A stretch of DNA of 64,000 nt from Promethearchaeota archaeon (GCA_019058365.1 JAHPZE010000005.1:96001-160000); one strand, 5' to 3'; shown: positions 29,202 to 39,923, counted from the stretch's first letter. Numbers and translations are program-made. Notes: generated from the sequence alone by a model not told the origin.

Positions 29202-30041
29202 ATGACAGAACTTTATGCAAAAATAAATGGAATAGAACTCTGCTATGAAATATTTGGTGAAGGCTACCCAATAATATTAATTCATGGGTTTGGTTCAAGA
29301 AAGGAGGGTTATAAATGCCAAATTCCCACGTTGTCTAGGGAATTTGAAGTAATAGTTTTTGATAATCGAGGTGCTGGAAAATCAGAAAGAGTTAATGAAC
29401 GCTATACTATGGAAACTCTTGCTGATGATATTAAGGAACTATTAAATTTCCTTAAAATAAAAAAAGCACATGTGTTGGGGACATCAATGGGAGGTATGAT
29501 TGCTCAACAATTTACCCTGCAATACTCAGAATATGTTAAAAAGTTGGTATTAGTGAATACTATTAGCGGGACACCGGATAATGTAGGATTAGAAATATTG
29601 AAAAAGAATAGATTAGAACAGCTAAAGCTTATTAAAAATGATCCAGAGAAAGCCTTTTGGGATAATGCTCATATTTGGTTCTATCATAAATACCGTAAAG
29701 AATTAAAGGCAAATCCTAAAAAAAAATTTTTTGGAATTTGGTCTGCTGAAGATGAAATAAGGGAGAGCACAATTCTTATGCCAACTCCGCGTGATATTGA
29801 ACTTCAAATAGAAGCATTGAAGGGATTCAATATTTTTGAGAAATTGCATGAAATCAAGAGTCCTGTCTTATTATTAGCTGCTTCACATGATAAAGTTTGT
29901 TCAAAAAGCAATGCAGAGGAAATGCATAAAAGAATTCCTAATTGTGTACTTAGAATAATTGAAAAAGCGGGTCATGAATCTCCAAAAACGAGAGCTCTTG
30001 AAGTTAATAATATTATTCTAAATTTTTTAAAAAATAAATGA
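29202..30041 (+). CDS. Alpha/beta hydrolase (paralog 4)
   Basis: IHGF, DNRGAGKS, GTSMG, ASHD, AGHE. Confidence 0.92.
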   Translation: MTELYAKINGIELCYEIFGEGYPIILIHGFGSRKEGYKCQIPTLSREFEVIVFDNRGAGKSERVNERYTMETLADDIKELLNFLKIKKAHVLGTSMGGMIAQQFTLQYSEYVKKLVLVNTISGTPDNVGLEILKKNRLEQLKLIKNDPEKAFWDNAHIWFYHKYRKELKANPKKKFFGIWSAEDEIRESTILMPTPRDIELQIEALKGFNIFEKLHEIKSPVLLLAASHDKVCSKSNAEEMHKRIPNCVLRIIEKAGHESPKTRALEVNNIILNFLKNK

Positions 30042-30195
30042 CTTGTTTCTTTCATAGAGAATTATTCTTTTAATAAAAATTAATATTATCCTTCTGCTCT
30101 TCTAATTTCAATTCCTAATGATATAAAGTGTAAATAAAAGGATTTAAAATATATTTATATACTAAAGAGTCTAGGTTATTTATAATACGCAATTA

Positions 30196-33100
30196 GTGGT
30201 GAAATTCTTGATTATAGAATTAAATAAAAAAAAAAAAATAATCGGATTTTTATTAATACTATCCTTTATATTTGGCTCCGTCCAAATTATTTGTTTTTCT
30301 CAGCAGAATCTAATAATTTCTGACAGAAATGGATCTAGTGCGGAGCATGTTGATAATCCTAAAATAGCAGCAACAATTCAACCAGATTGGGAAATCGCAA
30401 CAGGTACAAGTGATACTATAGCTATAGTAGATAGACCTAGTGGAACCCAAGATGGTGATTTATTAATATTTCATGGCACAATTGATGGAAATGGCGACTC
30501 TTTTAATGATCCTCTTGGCTGGAATGAACTTCTACCAGAATATTCATCTAATGGGATAACAGTAGCATTATGGTATAGAATTGCTGGAGGTTCAGAACCA
30601 CTCACCTATAATGTATCTTGGGGAGGTGGGGACGAAGCTTATGTTGTTGGAATTATAAGAATTATTGGATACGATAGAAATGATCCCTTTCAAACAAATA
30701 ATACTGCCTTTGGAACAGGAGATATTGTAAATCCTTCAGTCACTACTACACAAGATGATACTTTAATTATTGGATTTCATGGACGTGATACTGGTATTCA
30801 AGGTAATAATTATGGGCATCTTCTTGAACCAGGACCTACAGTTTTATATGCAAATACCTCTGGAGGAGGGGGAGGTATGTGCAGTGCTGGAATGTATTAT
30901 GAAATTCAAGCAAATCAAGGAGCTTCTGATGAGCGAACTTGGGATGTATACACTAGCGGTTTTAATCCTTATTGGTATGCGGCAACTATAGCAATAAATT
31001 CGCCTGCATCTGGTATTGATATTATTGCCCCAACTGAAAATGAAGTTTTTGGAGACATCGCTCCGAATTTCACTGTGGAAGTAAAAATTCCAGATCTTGA
31101 TGCTATGTGGTATACCCTGGATGGAGGATTAAACAACTACACATTTACTTCAAATGAAACGATTAATCAGGGGGCATGGGATGCATTATCCGATGGAGTA
31201 GTTCCAATTCAATTCTATGCTAACAATACTTCAGGGGATATATATTTCGATCAAGTAAATGTAATAAAAGATACCTCAGCACCAAATATTACTATTATTA
31301 GCCCTTTGGAGAATGAAATTTTTAAAACTGACCCTCCAAGTTTCATTGTAGACATTATGGATTTGAATCTGGATACTATGTGGTATTCGATATTTAATAC
31401 AACGTATATATCACAGAATAGAACATTTACAGTGAATGGAACAATTGATTCAACAGAATGGAATGCATTATACGATGGAACATACACTATTAGATTTTAT
31501 GCGAATGATAGTCTTGGAAACGTTAATTTTGAGGAAGTTAATGTAATAAAAGATTTTGATGCTATCGTTATCAATATTGTTAGTCCAACTGAAAATGAAG
31601 TTTTTGGTGTTAGTGCTCCCAGTTTCATTGTTGAATTTTCGGATACGAATTTAAATGCCACTTGGTATACTGTGGATGGGGGAATAAATATTTATATATT
31701 TACAGAAAATGAGACTATTAATCAAGGGGCTTGGGGCGCTTTATCTGATGGAATAGTTACTATTCGATTTTACGCTAATAACACATCAGGAGATATATAT
31801 TTCAAGCAAGTTAATGTTATAAAGAATAGTTCAGGACCAAGTATAAATATAATCAGTCCAACAGAAAATGAAGAGTTTGCGATTAATCCTCCTAATTTCA
31901 TCGTAGAGATTATTGATCCGAATTTGGATGCTATGTGGTATTCAATATTTAATAATACCTATAGTTCATTAAATATTACATTTACAAATAATGGGACAAT
32001 TGATCCAACGGAATGGGGTGTTTTGTCCAATGGTACCTATACTCTGAGATTTTACGCCAACAATAGTCTTGGAAATATTAATTTTGAGGAGGTAGTCATC
32101 ATAAAAGATATTTATGGAGTCTCTATTAATATCGTTAGCCCAATGGAAAATGACGTATTTGGGGCTGCTGCACCAAGTTTTATAGTAGAAATGGCGTCTT
32201 TATATTTAGATACTATGTGGTATACTTTGGATGTTGTGCCAAAAAATTACATCTTTACTGTAAATGGAACAATTAATCAAACAGCATGGGGATCATTACC
32301 AGACGGAGTAATTACTATTCAATTCTACGCTAATAATACATTGGGGGATATTTATTTCAAGCAAGTGAATGTTATAAAAGATACCACCGGACCAAATATC
32401 AATATTGTTAGTCCCATAGAAAATGAATTATTTGGAGTTGCTGCCCCGAGTTTTACAGTAGAAATTGCAGATCCATATTTAGATGCTATGTGGTATTGGA
32501 TATTTAATGACACTTATCAATCAATAAATATCACATTTACCGGCAATGGAACTATTAATCAAGCAGAGTGGAATGCCTTTTCAAATGGAATTATATCTAT
32601 TAGATTTTACGCTAATGATACCATAGGAAATATGAACTTTGAAGATGTAAATGTAACAAAAGATATTTATGCAATCTTTATCGATATTATTAGTCCAATA
32701 GAGAATCAGAATTTTAGAGTTATTTCACCAAGTTTTATTGTTGAGATTACATGTGCTTTTTTAAATAGCACTTGGTATAGTTTGGACAATGGATTACATA
32801 ACTACATATTTACTGAGAATGGAACTATTAATCAAGAAGCATGGGATGCATTACCGGATGGAGTAGTTACTATTCAATTCTATGCTAACAACACTTTAGG
32901 GGACATCAATTTCGAGCAAGTGAATGTAATAAAGGATACTTCAGATCCTATCATAGCCATTGTTAGCCCTACTGAAAATGAAGTATTTGAAGTTGAGGCT
33001 CCTGATTTCATTGTTGAAATTATGGACCCAAATTTAGATACCATGTGGTATACAGTAAATAATATGGCCTTTAAGTATATCTTCACTCAAAATAGCACAA

Positions 33101-33393
33101 TAAATCAAACAATATGGGACTCTCTAACGGATGGAAATGTTCTTCTTATTTTTTATGCTAATGATACTGCTGGAAATTTAGCATCTGAATATGTCATTAT
33201 TATAAAGAGTTCCCCAAGCCAAGGAGGTCAAACTGGTCCAGATACTACTTTAATTATTATAATTGTTTCAGTTATTGCGGGAATAGCAGCTGTAGGAGTA
33301 ACATTAGGAATACTCATAAAAAAAGGGAAAATTAAACTATTTTCCTTAAGGGAAAAGGATCTAATAGAACCAACACCTGAGGAAAGTCAATAA
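30196..33393 (+). CDS. Cell-surface glycoprotein: signal peptide, N-terminal beta domain, 8 Ig-like repeats, C-terminal TM anchor
   Basis: KKKK plus hydrophobic signal, repeated I.I.SP.ENE.F...WY...FYAN units, many NxS/T sequons, TM LIIIIVSVIAGIAAVGVTLGILI followed by KKGK. Confidence 0.88.
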   Translation: MVKFLIIELNKKKKIIGFLLILSFIFGSVQIICFSQQNLIISDRNGSSAEHVDNPKIAATIQPDWEIATGTSDTIAIVDRPSGTQDGDLLIFHGTIDGNGDSFNDPLGWNELLPEYSSNGITVALWYRIAGGSEPLTYNVSWGGGDEAYVVGIIRIIGYDRNDPFQTNNTAFGTGDIVNPSVTTTQDDTLIIGFHGRDTGIQGNNYGHLLEPGPTVLYANTSGGGGGMCSAGMYYEIQANQGASDERTWDVYTSGFNPYWYAATIAINSPASGIDIIAPTENEVFGDIAPNFTVEVKIPDLDAMWYTLDGGLNNYTFTSNETINQGAWDALSDGVVPIQFYANNTSGDIYFDQVNVIKDTSAPNITIISPLENEIFKTDPPSFIVDIMDLNLDTMWYSIFNTTYISQNRTFTVNGTIDSTEWNALYDGTYTIRFYANDSLGNVNFEEVNVIKDFDAIVINIVSPTENEVFGVSAPSFIVEFSDTNLNATWYTVDGGINIYIFTENETINQGAWGALSDGIVTIRFYANNTSGDIYFKQVNVIKNSSGPSINIISPTENEEFAINPPNFIVEIIDPNLDAMWYSIFNNTYSSLNITFTNNGTIDPTEWGVLSNGTYTLRFYANNSLGNINFEEVVIIKDIYGVSINIVSPMENDVFGAAAPSFIVEMASLYLDTMWYTLDVVPKNYIFTVNGTINQTAWGSLPDGVITIQFYANNTLGDIYFKQVNVIKDTTGPNINIVSPIENELFGVAAPSFTVEIADPYLDAMWYWIFNDTYQSINITFTGNGTINQAEWNAFSNGIISIRFYANDTIGNMNFEDVNVTKDIYAIFIDIISPIENQNFRVISPSFIVEITCAFLNSTWYSLDNGLHNYIFTENGTINQEAWDALPDGVVTIQFYANNTLGDINFEQVNVIKDTSDPIIAIVSPTENEVFEVEAPDFIVEIMDPNLDTMWYTVNNMAFKYIFTQNSTINQTIWDSLTDGNVLLIFYANDTAGNLASEYVIIIKSSPSQGGQTGPDTTLIIIIVSVIAGIAAVGVTLGILIKKGKIKLFSLREKDLIEPTPEESQ
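31012..33207 (+). repeat. Eight intragenic Ig-like repeats, alternating 91-aa (A) and 94-aa (B) types (555-nt higher-order unit)
   Basis: CCAACTGAAAATGAAG at 31030 and 31585 (555 nt apart). A units carry WYT(L/V)D...FYANNT.GDI; B units carry WY(S/W)IFN.TY...GN.NFE. Confidence 0.9.
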
Positions 33394-33468
33394 AATTTTT
33401 TTTAAATTTATTTTTGTTAAAACCAAGCGATTAATTTAACTAATATACTACTTTTATATTTTAAATTG

Positions 33469-34686
33469 TTATTCTTCAATTATCTTTTCTTGACTTAACT
33501 TAGGCATACTATATTTCTTTAATTGAATTGTTTTGAAACCCATTATGAATGGAACTATAGCAATAGAACTAATAAGAAAACTTAGAAAATAGGGTTCAAA
33601 AAAGTTAAGCATGAATGTTCCAAGTAAAGGTCCGAGAATTTGAGCAAAACTATCTAGACCCGAGGAGTAGCCATTTATTTTTCCTTGTTCCATGGGAGAT
33701 ACTGACTGGCTTATCTTACTATTTAATGGCCCGCGAGTTAAAGATGCAGCAAAACTAATGATCATTATCAAAACAAAAAACATTACTAAATTAATAGAGA
33801 ACCCCACAAGGAAGAATGAAATAAGAAACATTGTCATACCAAGTTTAATTGCATTATTTTCCCCAAGCTTCATTATTGTTGGTTTAAACAGGGTAAACCG
33901 TACAACTGCTCGAAAAATACCCGATATCATTAAAAGAAGTCCAATCTCAAATGCATTTAATCCAAAAGCAATTTGTGCAAAAAATGAAAGTGAAGCCATA
34001 GCAATCATGAATGATGCTGTATGAAAACCCCATAGTATTAAATACCACATTGCACCTTTATTTTTTCTGATGTGAATAACAATGTTTTTCTGTAATTCAT
34101 GGTTTAATTCACGCTTTTCCTTAGGCCAAGTTTCGGGTAAAATAGAAATAGTAATTATCATAGTGAATAAAGAAAGCCCTGCTGCGAACAATCCAGGTAA
34201 TAACAAACCACCGATACTAAAAAGTGTTCCTCCTAATCCCGGACCAATAAGAGAAGCCAAAACGTGGCAAACTCCGATATTTGCCATTTGAATACTTCTA
34301 TCTTTTGGAGGTACTTCATCACCAATTACTGCTTTAGCAATAGGAAAATTTCCACCGAAGATCCCGTCAATAACTCTAGAGATTATTAACAACCATATAG
34401 AACCAGAAAATGCAAGTAATATGAATCCCGCAAACGTTCCCGCTTGTGAAATCAAAAGTAATGGTCTTCTCCCAAATTTATCACTAAGTTTTCCTAGGAT
34501 TGGCCCAAATATTAATGAAAACATCGCATTTATAGAAAGTACGATACCCATTATAAAAATTGGAATGGAAAAACTTTCCGCTATAAATGGAGCCATTGGG
34601 AGGATCATAGAAAATCCAATGATATCAATAAAAACAGCTATCCATAAAGGTGATAGATTAGGGTATTTAAAGATGGATATTTGCAT
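33469..34686 (-). CDS. MFS transporter, TetA/DHA1-like
   Basis: VFIDIIGFSMILP, motif A GKLSDKFGRRP, SRVIDGIFGG, IGPGLGG, EQGKING. Confidence 0.92.
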   Translation of the reverse strand: MQISIFKYPNLSPLWIAVFIDIIGFSMILPMAPFIAESFSIPIFIMGIVLSINAMFSLIFGPILGKLSDKFGRRPLLLISQAGTFAGFILLAFSGSIWLLIISRVIDGIFGGNFPIAKAVIGDEVPPKDRSIQMANIGVCHVLASLIGPGLGGTLFSIGGLLLPGLFAAGLSLFTMIITISILPETWPKEKRELNHELQKNIVIHIRKNKGAMWYLILWGFHTASFMIAMASLSFFAQIAFGLNAFEIGLLLMISGIFRAVVRFTLFKPTIMKLGENNAIKLGMTMFLISFFLVGFSINLVMFFVLIMIISFAASLTRGPLNSKISQSVSPMEQGKINGYSSGLDSFAQILGPLLGTFMLNFFEPYFLSFLISSIAIVPFIMGFKTIQLKKYSMPKLSQEKIIEE

Positions 34687-34847
34687 GGCTATTCTTATAC
34701 TTAAATAAAATTGAAATAACTCCTAAATTGAAAATTCAAATTAATTATTAACTTAAAAAGTTTGGATTTTATTCTATAAATAATTAAATTGGGTATTAAA
34801 AAAGAATTATAAGTAATTTTTTATATACGTTATTCAGATATATTATT

Positions 34848-35648
34848 ATGGATGGTAATAAACAGGAAAAAGAAGATAAATTAAGTTTTGAGGAAAAATT
34901 AGAGAAAACAGTTGAGCTTCCTGCTTTAGATTTTTTTAAAATTAACTTTATTAGCTTTTTGGTACCTCTTTACGTATGCTTGAGCCTTTTCTTATTATTT
35001 GAATATGGTTTCATTAATCTTTTCTCAATACCTCCAATTATTCATATTTTTACCTTACCAGTTGTTTTTTTAATCCTTTATTATATTTATCTAATTATTT
35101 TAATTGAATTTACCGCTTTGTGGGCTCGAAGTTGGAATAAAAAATCTCCTCCTAAAGAAGGTGTGTTTAAGCGTGTACTCGATGATGTGAATAGTGAGGA
35201 AGGAAAATTGATGAAATATTACCATAAAAGAGGATTTATTATCAAATATCCTATGTGGTTAACATCAAAATCACCTTTTCCTTGGCTTATTAATCGGACG
35301 CTACGTAGAATTAGCCATAACAAAATTGGTAAGAATGTTATTTATAATGATTCATATGTGGGTTTAGAATTTACTGATATTGGTGATAATTCTTTCTTTT
35401 ATCCAACCAGTAGTCTTTCTAGCCATGCAGTAAACACTATCTTCGGAAAAATTACAATGATAGAAATAAAAATAGGTGAAAATAATACATTTTATCCTGG
35501 AACAATAATGGGTTGTGGAGCTTTAAGTACAAATGATGTTGTTATATATCCAAATACAGTTTTACATAAAAATTGGAGAGGTAAACCGGGAAAATTATAC
35601 TACCAAGGCAGTCCAGGAAGACCTATAGATGAAGAATATAAAAGTTAA
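34848..35648 (+). CDS. Membrane protein with left-handed beta-helix (hexapeptide) acyltransferase-like domain
   Basis: Two N-terminal TM helices, then KIGKN/DIGDN/KIGEN turns, SSH, and C-terminal YQGSPGRP; resembles the C-terminal repeat of Pls/PosA-type synthetases. Confidence 0.6.
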   Translation: MDGNKQEKEDKLSFEEKLEKTVELPALDFFKINFISFLVPLYVCLSLFLLFEYGFINLFSIPPIIHIFTLPVVFLILYYIYLIILIEFTALWARSWNKKSPPKEGVFKRVLDDVNSEEGKLMKYYHKRGFIIKYPMWLTSKSPFPWLINRTLRRISHNKIGKNVIYNDSYVGLEFTDIGDNSFFYPTSSLSSHAVNTIFGKITMIEIKIGENNTFYPGTIMGCGALSTNDVVIYPNTVLHKNWRGKPGKLYYQGSPGRPIDEEYKS

Positions 35649-35777
35649 TTATTGCTTTTACAATATTTATTCCTTTATTTTTCAAATTTTTCAAGATTCA
35701 CAAACATTTATTAATAATTTTAGTGCATATTTTTAAATGGATGTAAATTTTTAAAAAAATACTTGTGTGGATTTACT

Positions 35778-37538
35778 ATGAATGTACTCAAATTTTCTGT
35801 TGATGATAATAAACCTTGGTTTAAAAAATATCAAAAGGGAGTTCCAAAACACCCTGAATTTCCAGTTATTAGCCTAGGCGACTGGTTTGATCAAAAAACA
35901 GATGAAAACGCAAAAAATAAAGCAATTTGGTTTTCGAAGACATTTTTAACTTATCGAGTTTTAAGAAAGTATACAGATTCTTTCGCTACGTCATTGTCCA
36001 GATTAGGAGTAAAAAAAGGTGACGTAATTGCCATTCTTTTACCTAATTGTTTTCAATTTACAATTGGATATTTCGCTACTGTTAAGCTGGGGGGAATCGT
36101 AATCCCACTAAATCCAACATATAAACCTATAGAGATTCTCCATGTCCTCGAACAGGTAAAACCGAAGGGGCTTTTGTGTATGGATGTTATGTATGGTCTA
36201 ATAAAACCTATACAAGAAAAATATAAATTTGATTTTGTTATTTCCACTTGTATAATCGATTTAGCAGCTATTCCTCCTGCTGTTAAAGAACAGTTAATTG
36301 CGGACGGAACAATTCCTAAAGGCGAAGTTCCTGGAGCTATAAATTTCTTAGACGTATGTCAAAAACGTGGAGAAGTCGATATTCCTGAAGTAGAAATTGA
36401 TCCTTTAAATGATACCGCTGTTTACTTAATGACGGGTGGCACTACAGGTGTACCAAAACCTGCAGTTCTCACACATTATAATTGTGTTACGAATGCTAAG
36501 CAAAATGTGATGTGGATGCCTGATGCAGACCATCCAATGGCATGTATAGGAATAATACCTATGTTCCATGCATTCGGAATGACCATCGTTCAGAACGTTG
36601 TTATTGAAGGAGGAGATTATAATATATTATTCGCTAAACGGGAACTTATATTAAAAGAAGTTGTTGATACAATATTGGAAGTAGGACCGGAAAACGGAGT
36701 AATTCTACCTGGTGTGGAAAATTTTTTTATTGGTTTAACTCGCTACTTAAAAGAAAATCCAGAACCTCGACTCAAGGATATGTTTAGATTATGCGTAAGT
36801 GGAGCAGGACCATTACATAAGCCTGTAAAGGATGCTTTTGAAGCGATTAGTGGTGGTAGACTAGTTGAAGCATATGGTCTTACAGAATGCACAACTGCAG
36901 TGAGTGTCGGGCCTTTTGATGGGACAGATACACCTGGGACAATTGGATTACCATATCCCGGAGTTGATTGGGCTATTTTTAATAGTGAAGATTTTAGTAA
37001 AGGCCCATTGGAAGGTTATGGAATTGATTATACAGGTGAAATTTGTGTTTGTGGTCCACAGGTAATGAAAGGCTATTTGAACAGACCCGAAGCTACAGCT
37101 GAAACTCTTCGGGAGTGGGATGGTCGGATTTGGTGTTTAACTGGAGATATCGGTTATATGGACGAAATGGGTCAAATGGTTATTCGCGACAGGAAGAAGC
37201 AGATGATTAAATATAAAGGTTATTCAGTATTTCCAAAGGAGGTAGAAGAATTACTAGGAATTCATCCAGATGTTCTTGAAGTAGCAGTTGCCGGTTTACC
37301 AGATCCCGAAACAGGTGAAATGGTTAAAGCATGGGTACAGTTAAATGATGATTCAAAAGGTAAAATTGACTCTGATGGTTTAATTGCATGGTGTAAAGAT
37401 AATATTACTCATTATAAGTGTCCGAAACAAATAGAAATTATCGAGGAAATCCCCAAATCTATGGTAGGTAAGGTGCAGAGAAGAATTTTACAAATTAAAG
37501 ATCCGATATGGATAAAGAAATATGGAGAGATAGAATAA
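35778..37538 (+). CDS. Long-chain fatty-acid--CoA ligase (FadD-like AMP-forming synthetase)
   Basis: KPWFKKY, MTGGTTGVPK, PMFHAFG, SGAGPL, EAYGLTE, GPQVMKGY, TGDIG, PKSMVGK. Confidence 0.93.
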   Translation: MNVLKFSVDDNKPWFKKYQKGVPKHPEFPVISLGDWFDQKTDENAKNKAIWFSKTFLTYRVLRKYTDSFATSLSRLGVKKGDVIAILLPNCFQFTIGYFATVKLGGIVIPLNPTYKPIEILHVLEQVKPKGLLCMDVMYGLIKPIQEKYKFDFVISTCIIDLAAIPPAVKEQLIADGTIPKGEVPGAINFLDVCQKRGEVDIPEVEIDPLNDTAVYLMTGGTTGVPKPAVLTHYNCVTNAKQNVMWMPDADHPMACIGIIPMFHAFGMTIVQNVVIEGGDYNILFAKRELILKEVVDTILEVGPENGVILPGVENFFIGLTRYLKENPEPRLKDMFRLCVSGAGPLHKPVKDAFEAISGGRLVEAYGLTECTTAVSVGPFDGTDTPGTIGLPYPGVDWAIFNSEDFSKGPLEGYGIDYTGEICVCGPQVMKGYLNRPEATAETLREWDGRIWCLTGDIGYMDEMGQMVIRDRKKQMIKYKGYSVFPKEVEELLGIHPDVLEVAVAGLPDPETGEMVKAWVQLNDDSKGKIDSDGLIAWCKDNITHYKCPKQIEIIEEIPKSMVGKVQRRILQIKDPIWIKKYGEIE

Positions 37539-37620
37539 ATTTAATTAATAATTTTCCTATTCTTTTTTGTTTTATACATTTTTCCAATATTATAAATTAA
37601 ATGAAATTATATTGAATGTT

Positions 37621-38439
37621 ATGAATATATTAGCTATTTTTGCACATCCAGATGACACAACATTTTCTTGTTCTGGTACTTTAGCTAGATGGGCAGAAGA
37701 GGGTCACTCTATTTATGCTTTATGTTGTACAAAAGGAGAAGTTGGCACACTAAGGAGAGAATTAACAAAAAAACAAGTTGCAGAAAAACGTATGAAAGAA
37801 TTAATGGCTGCTAATCTTATAATAGGTGTGGAAGAGACAATTGTATTAGATTATCCTGACGCAGGATTTATCAATGGACCTGAATTACGTGAAAAACTGG
37901 TTTTCCACGTAAGAAAAACTGAAGCAGATCGAGTAGTTACATTTGATCCTTGGGTAAATTATGAAATTCATCCTGATCATGTTGTAGTAGGAAGAATGGC
38001 AGCAGAAGCAGCAGCATTCTCAGCATTTCCGTTGTTATATTCCGATCAGTTAAAAGAAGGGATAGAACCATATAATTGTTCTGAGGTGTGGTTAATGGGA
38101 CAATTAGGACATTCACCCAACTATTTTGTAGATATCTCCACAACTCTTGAAAAAAAAGTTAAGGCTGCATTAAAATTTGAAGCAACCCTCGAACTATTAG
38201 CTCACTTGTTTGCCCCTAATATAGATCCCGCAAATGTATCTGAAGATGAATTAAAAAAGCTTACCAAGTATGCGAATAGGCTACTACGTTCCATGGCTTC
38301 TGCAATAGGTAAAAATATCAATTTGAAAGCAGCTGAAGCTTTCTACGTACAAAAAACTTTACCTGGGCATTTCGATAATTTCCAACAACAAATGTCAGAA
38401 ATGTTAGGAAATCCTCCTGAACCCCCAAAAATCTTATAA
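37621..38439 (+). CDS. PIG-L/LmbE family N-acetyl deacetylase
   Basis: AHPDD, TKGEVG, R..E...A, HPDH, VDIS, AEAF. Confidence 0.9.
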   Translation: MNILAIFAHPDDTTFSCSGTLARWAEEGHSIYALCCTKGEVGTLRRELTKKQVAEKRMKELMAANLIIGVEETIVLDYPDAGFINGPELREKLVFHVRKTEADRVVTFDPWVNYEIHPDHVVVGRMAAEAAAFSAFPLLYSDQLKEGIEPYNCSEVWLMGQLGHSPNYFVDISTTLEKKVKAALKFEATLELLAHLFAPNIDPANVSEDELKKLTKYANRLLRSMASAIGKNINLKAAEAFYVQKTLPGHFDNFQQQMSEMLGNPPEPPKIL

Positions 38440-38543
38440 TTTTTTTTTTGAACTAAATTCTTTTTTAAATCTTTATATAGATCATAATTCAACTATTATT
38501 GAAACTTCTACTAAATTTAAAAATAACAATAAAGTGATAACAA

Positions 38544-39923
38544 ATGAGTAAGGAATACAAAACACCTTCGATTCTTAATATTTTGTCTTATAGCTCTTCA
38601 GGCTTCTGGAGTATGATGTTATGGACGGTTTTTGGATCTTATGTATTTTTCTTCTACGAAAGGGTTCTAGGTTTGGAAACAATTTATATCTTTCTTGCGA
38701 TGTTAATTTTTACCTTATGGGATGCTATAGACGACCCACTCCTTGGTTTCTTAACAGATCGAAATACCAAATTCACAAAAAAAATAGGAAAACGATTTCC
38801 TTGGATAGTTATAGGTATTATACCTGCAACATTTTTATTCGCTTTGCTATTTATGCCTCCTGTTACTAATGCTGCTACAAATCCATTACCTGTTTTTGGA
38901 TGGGTAGTTTTAATGACTTGTTTATTTGATTCTCTAACATCACTCGCTTTTGTTAATGTTGACAGTCTTTTTTATGATAAATTTCGCACGGGCGAAGCAA
39001 TGAGAAAAGCAAGAGGGTGGGGTACACCATTATCTATGTTAGCACTACCGGTAGCATCTATTATACCACCTTTATTAATATCTTATGCTGTTGCATCTAC
39101 ATATATTTTCATGGCATGGATTTTTGTAGCTATAGCGGCAACAATAGTAATTGTACTACTACCTGGTATGTATGAAAATGCTGAGTTGAAAGAACGATAT
39201 TATATAGGAGAATATAGACGACCTAATTTTATCTCAGAATTGAAATTATCTCTTAAGCAAAAGAGTTTTATAACATATATTATTCTATTCTTTGGATTTC
39301 AAATAGTAACAGGTTCTTTGACAGCAACTATTCCATATGCGGCAGAATTTCTATTAGGTGGTCCTGAATGGTGGATGATATTGTTATTTGCTCCATTTCT
39401 CCAGTTTGCAATCTTCGGTGTACCTTTTTGGATCTGGTTTGCCAAGAGAATGAAGAATAACAAGAAAACGGCTGTGATTGGAGGGATAGTTTTATGCATA
39501 TCAGCATTTATTACGCCATTTTTTACAGGATTAATCGACTCAATGATCTATATGTCGATTTTGGGTTTTATGATGGCAAACTTTTGGGCTCTTATGACAA
39601 TTTATTTTTCAGATGTCTTGCAAGAAAGAATGCTCAAAACACGTTCTCCTATAAGAGGTACAGCTGTTGGAGTTCAATCATTCTTCTCAAGATTATCCCG
39701 TGGTGTTCAGCTTGGTATATTTGCAATAGTTCATATTCTCACTGAATTTCAGGAAGGTTCATCTACTCAAACAGGATTAGCTAAGATTGGTATACGTTTA
39801 CATATGGGTATAATCCCCGCAATTATCTTGGCAATATGTGTTCTAATATTCTATCTAAAGCATCCACTAACACCAGAAATAATGCAGGACATTCAAAGGC
39901 AATTGAAAGAAGTGGGATTTTAA
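38544..39923 (+). CDS. MFS transporter, GPH/MelB (glycoside-pentoside-hexuronide) family
   Basis: WDAIDDPLLGFLTDR..T...GKRFPW, 12 TM, GIRLHMGIIP. Confidence 0.9.
   Translation: MSKEYKTPSILNILSYSSSGFWSMMLWTVFGSYVFFFYERVLGLETIYIFLAMLIFTLWDAIDDPLLGFLTDRNTKFTKKIGKRFPWIVIGIIPATFLFALLFMPPVTNAATNPLPVFGWVVLMTCLFDSLTSLAFVNVDSLFYDKFRTGEAMRKARGWGTPLSMLALPVASIIPPLLISYAVASTYIFMAWIFVAIAATIVIVLLPGMYENAELKERYYIGEYRRPNFISELKLSLKQKSFITYIILFFGFQIVTGSLTATIPYAAEFLLGGPEWWMILLFAPFLQFAIFGVPFWIWFAKRMKNNKKTAVIGGIVLCISAFITPFFTGLIDSMIYMSILGFMMANFWALMTIYFSDVLQERMLKTRSPIRGTAVGVQSFFSRLSRGVQLGIFAIVHILTEFQEGSSTQTGLAKIGIRLHMGIIPAIILAICVLIFYLKHPLTPEIMQDIQRQLKEVGF

Noticed and set aside
4699-30041. TGA stops (4701, 4721, 19446, 30041) as possible selenocysteine codons, since Lokiarchaeia encode Sec
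   Set aside because: Each falls at the natural C-terminus of its protein, none is at a redox Cys position of a known selenoprotein family, and no convincing read-through or SECIS was seen.
31012-33207. Periodic DNA similarity as a CRISPR array or mobile repeat
   Set aside because: The units are about 275 nt, in frame and degenerate at third positions, so they are protein domain repeats.
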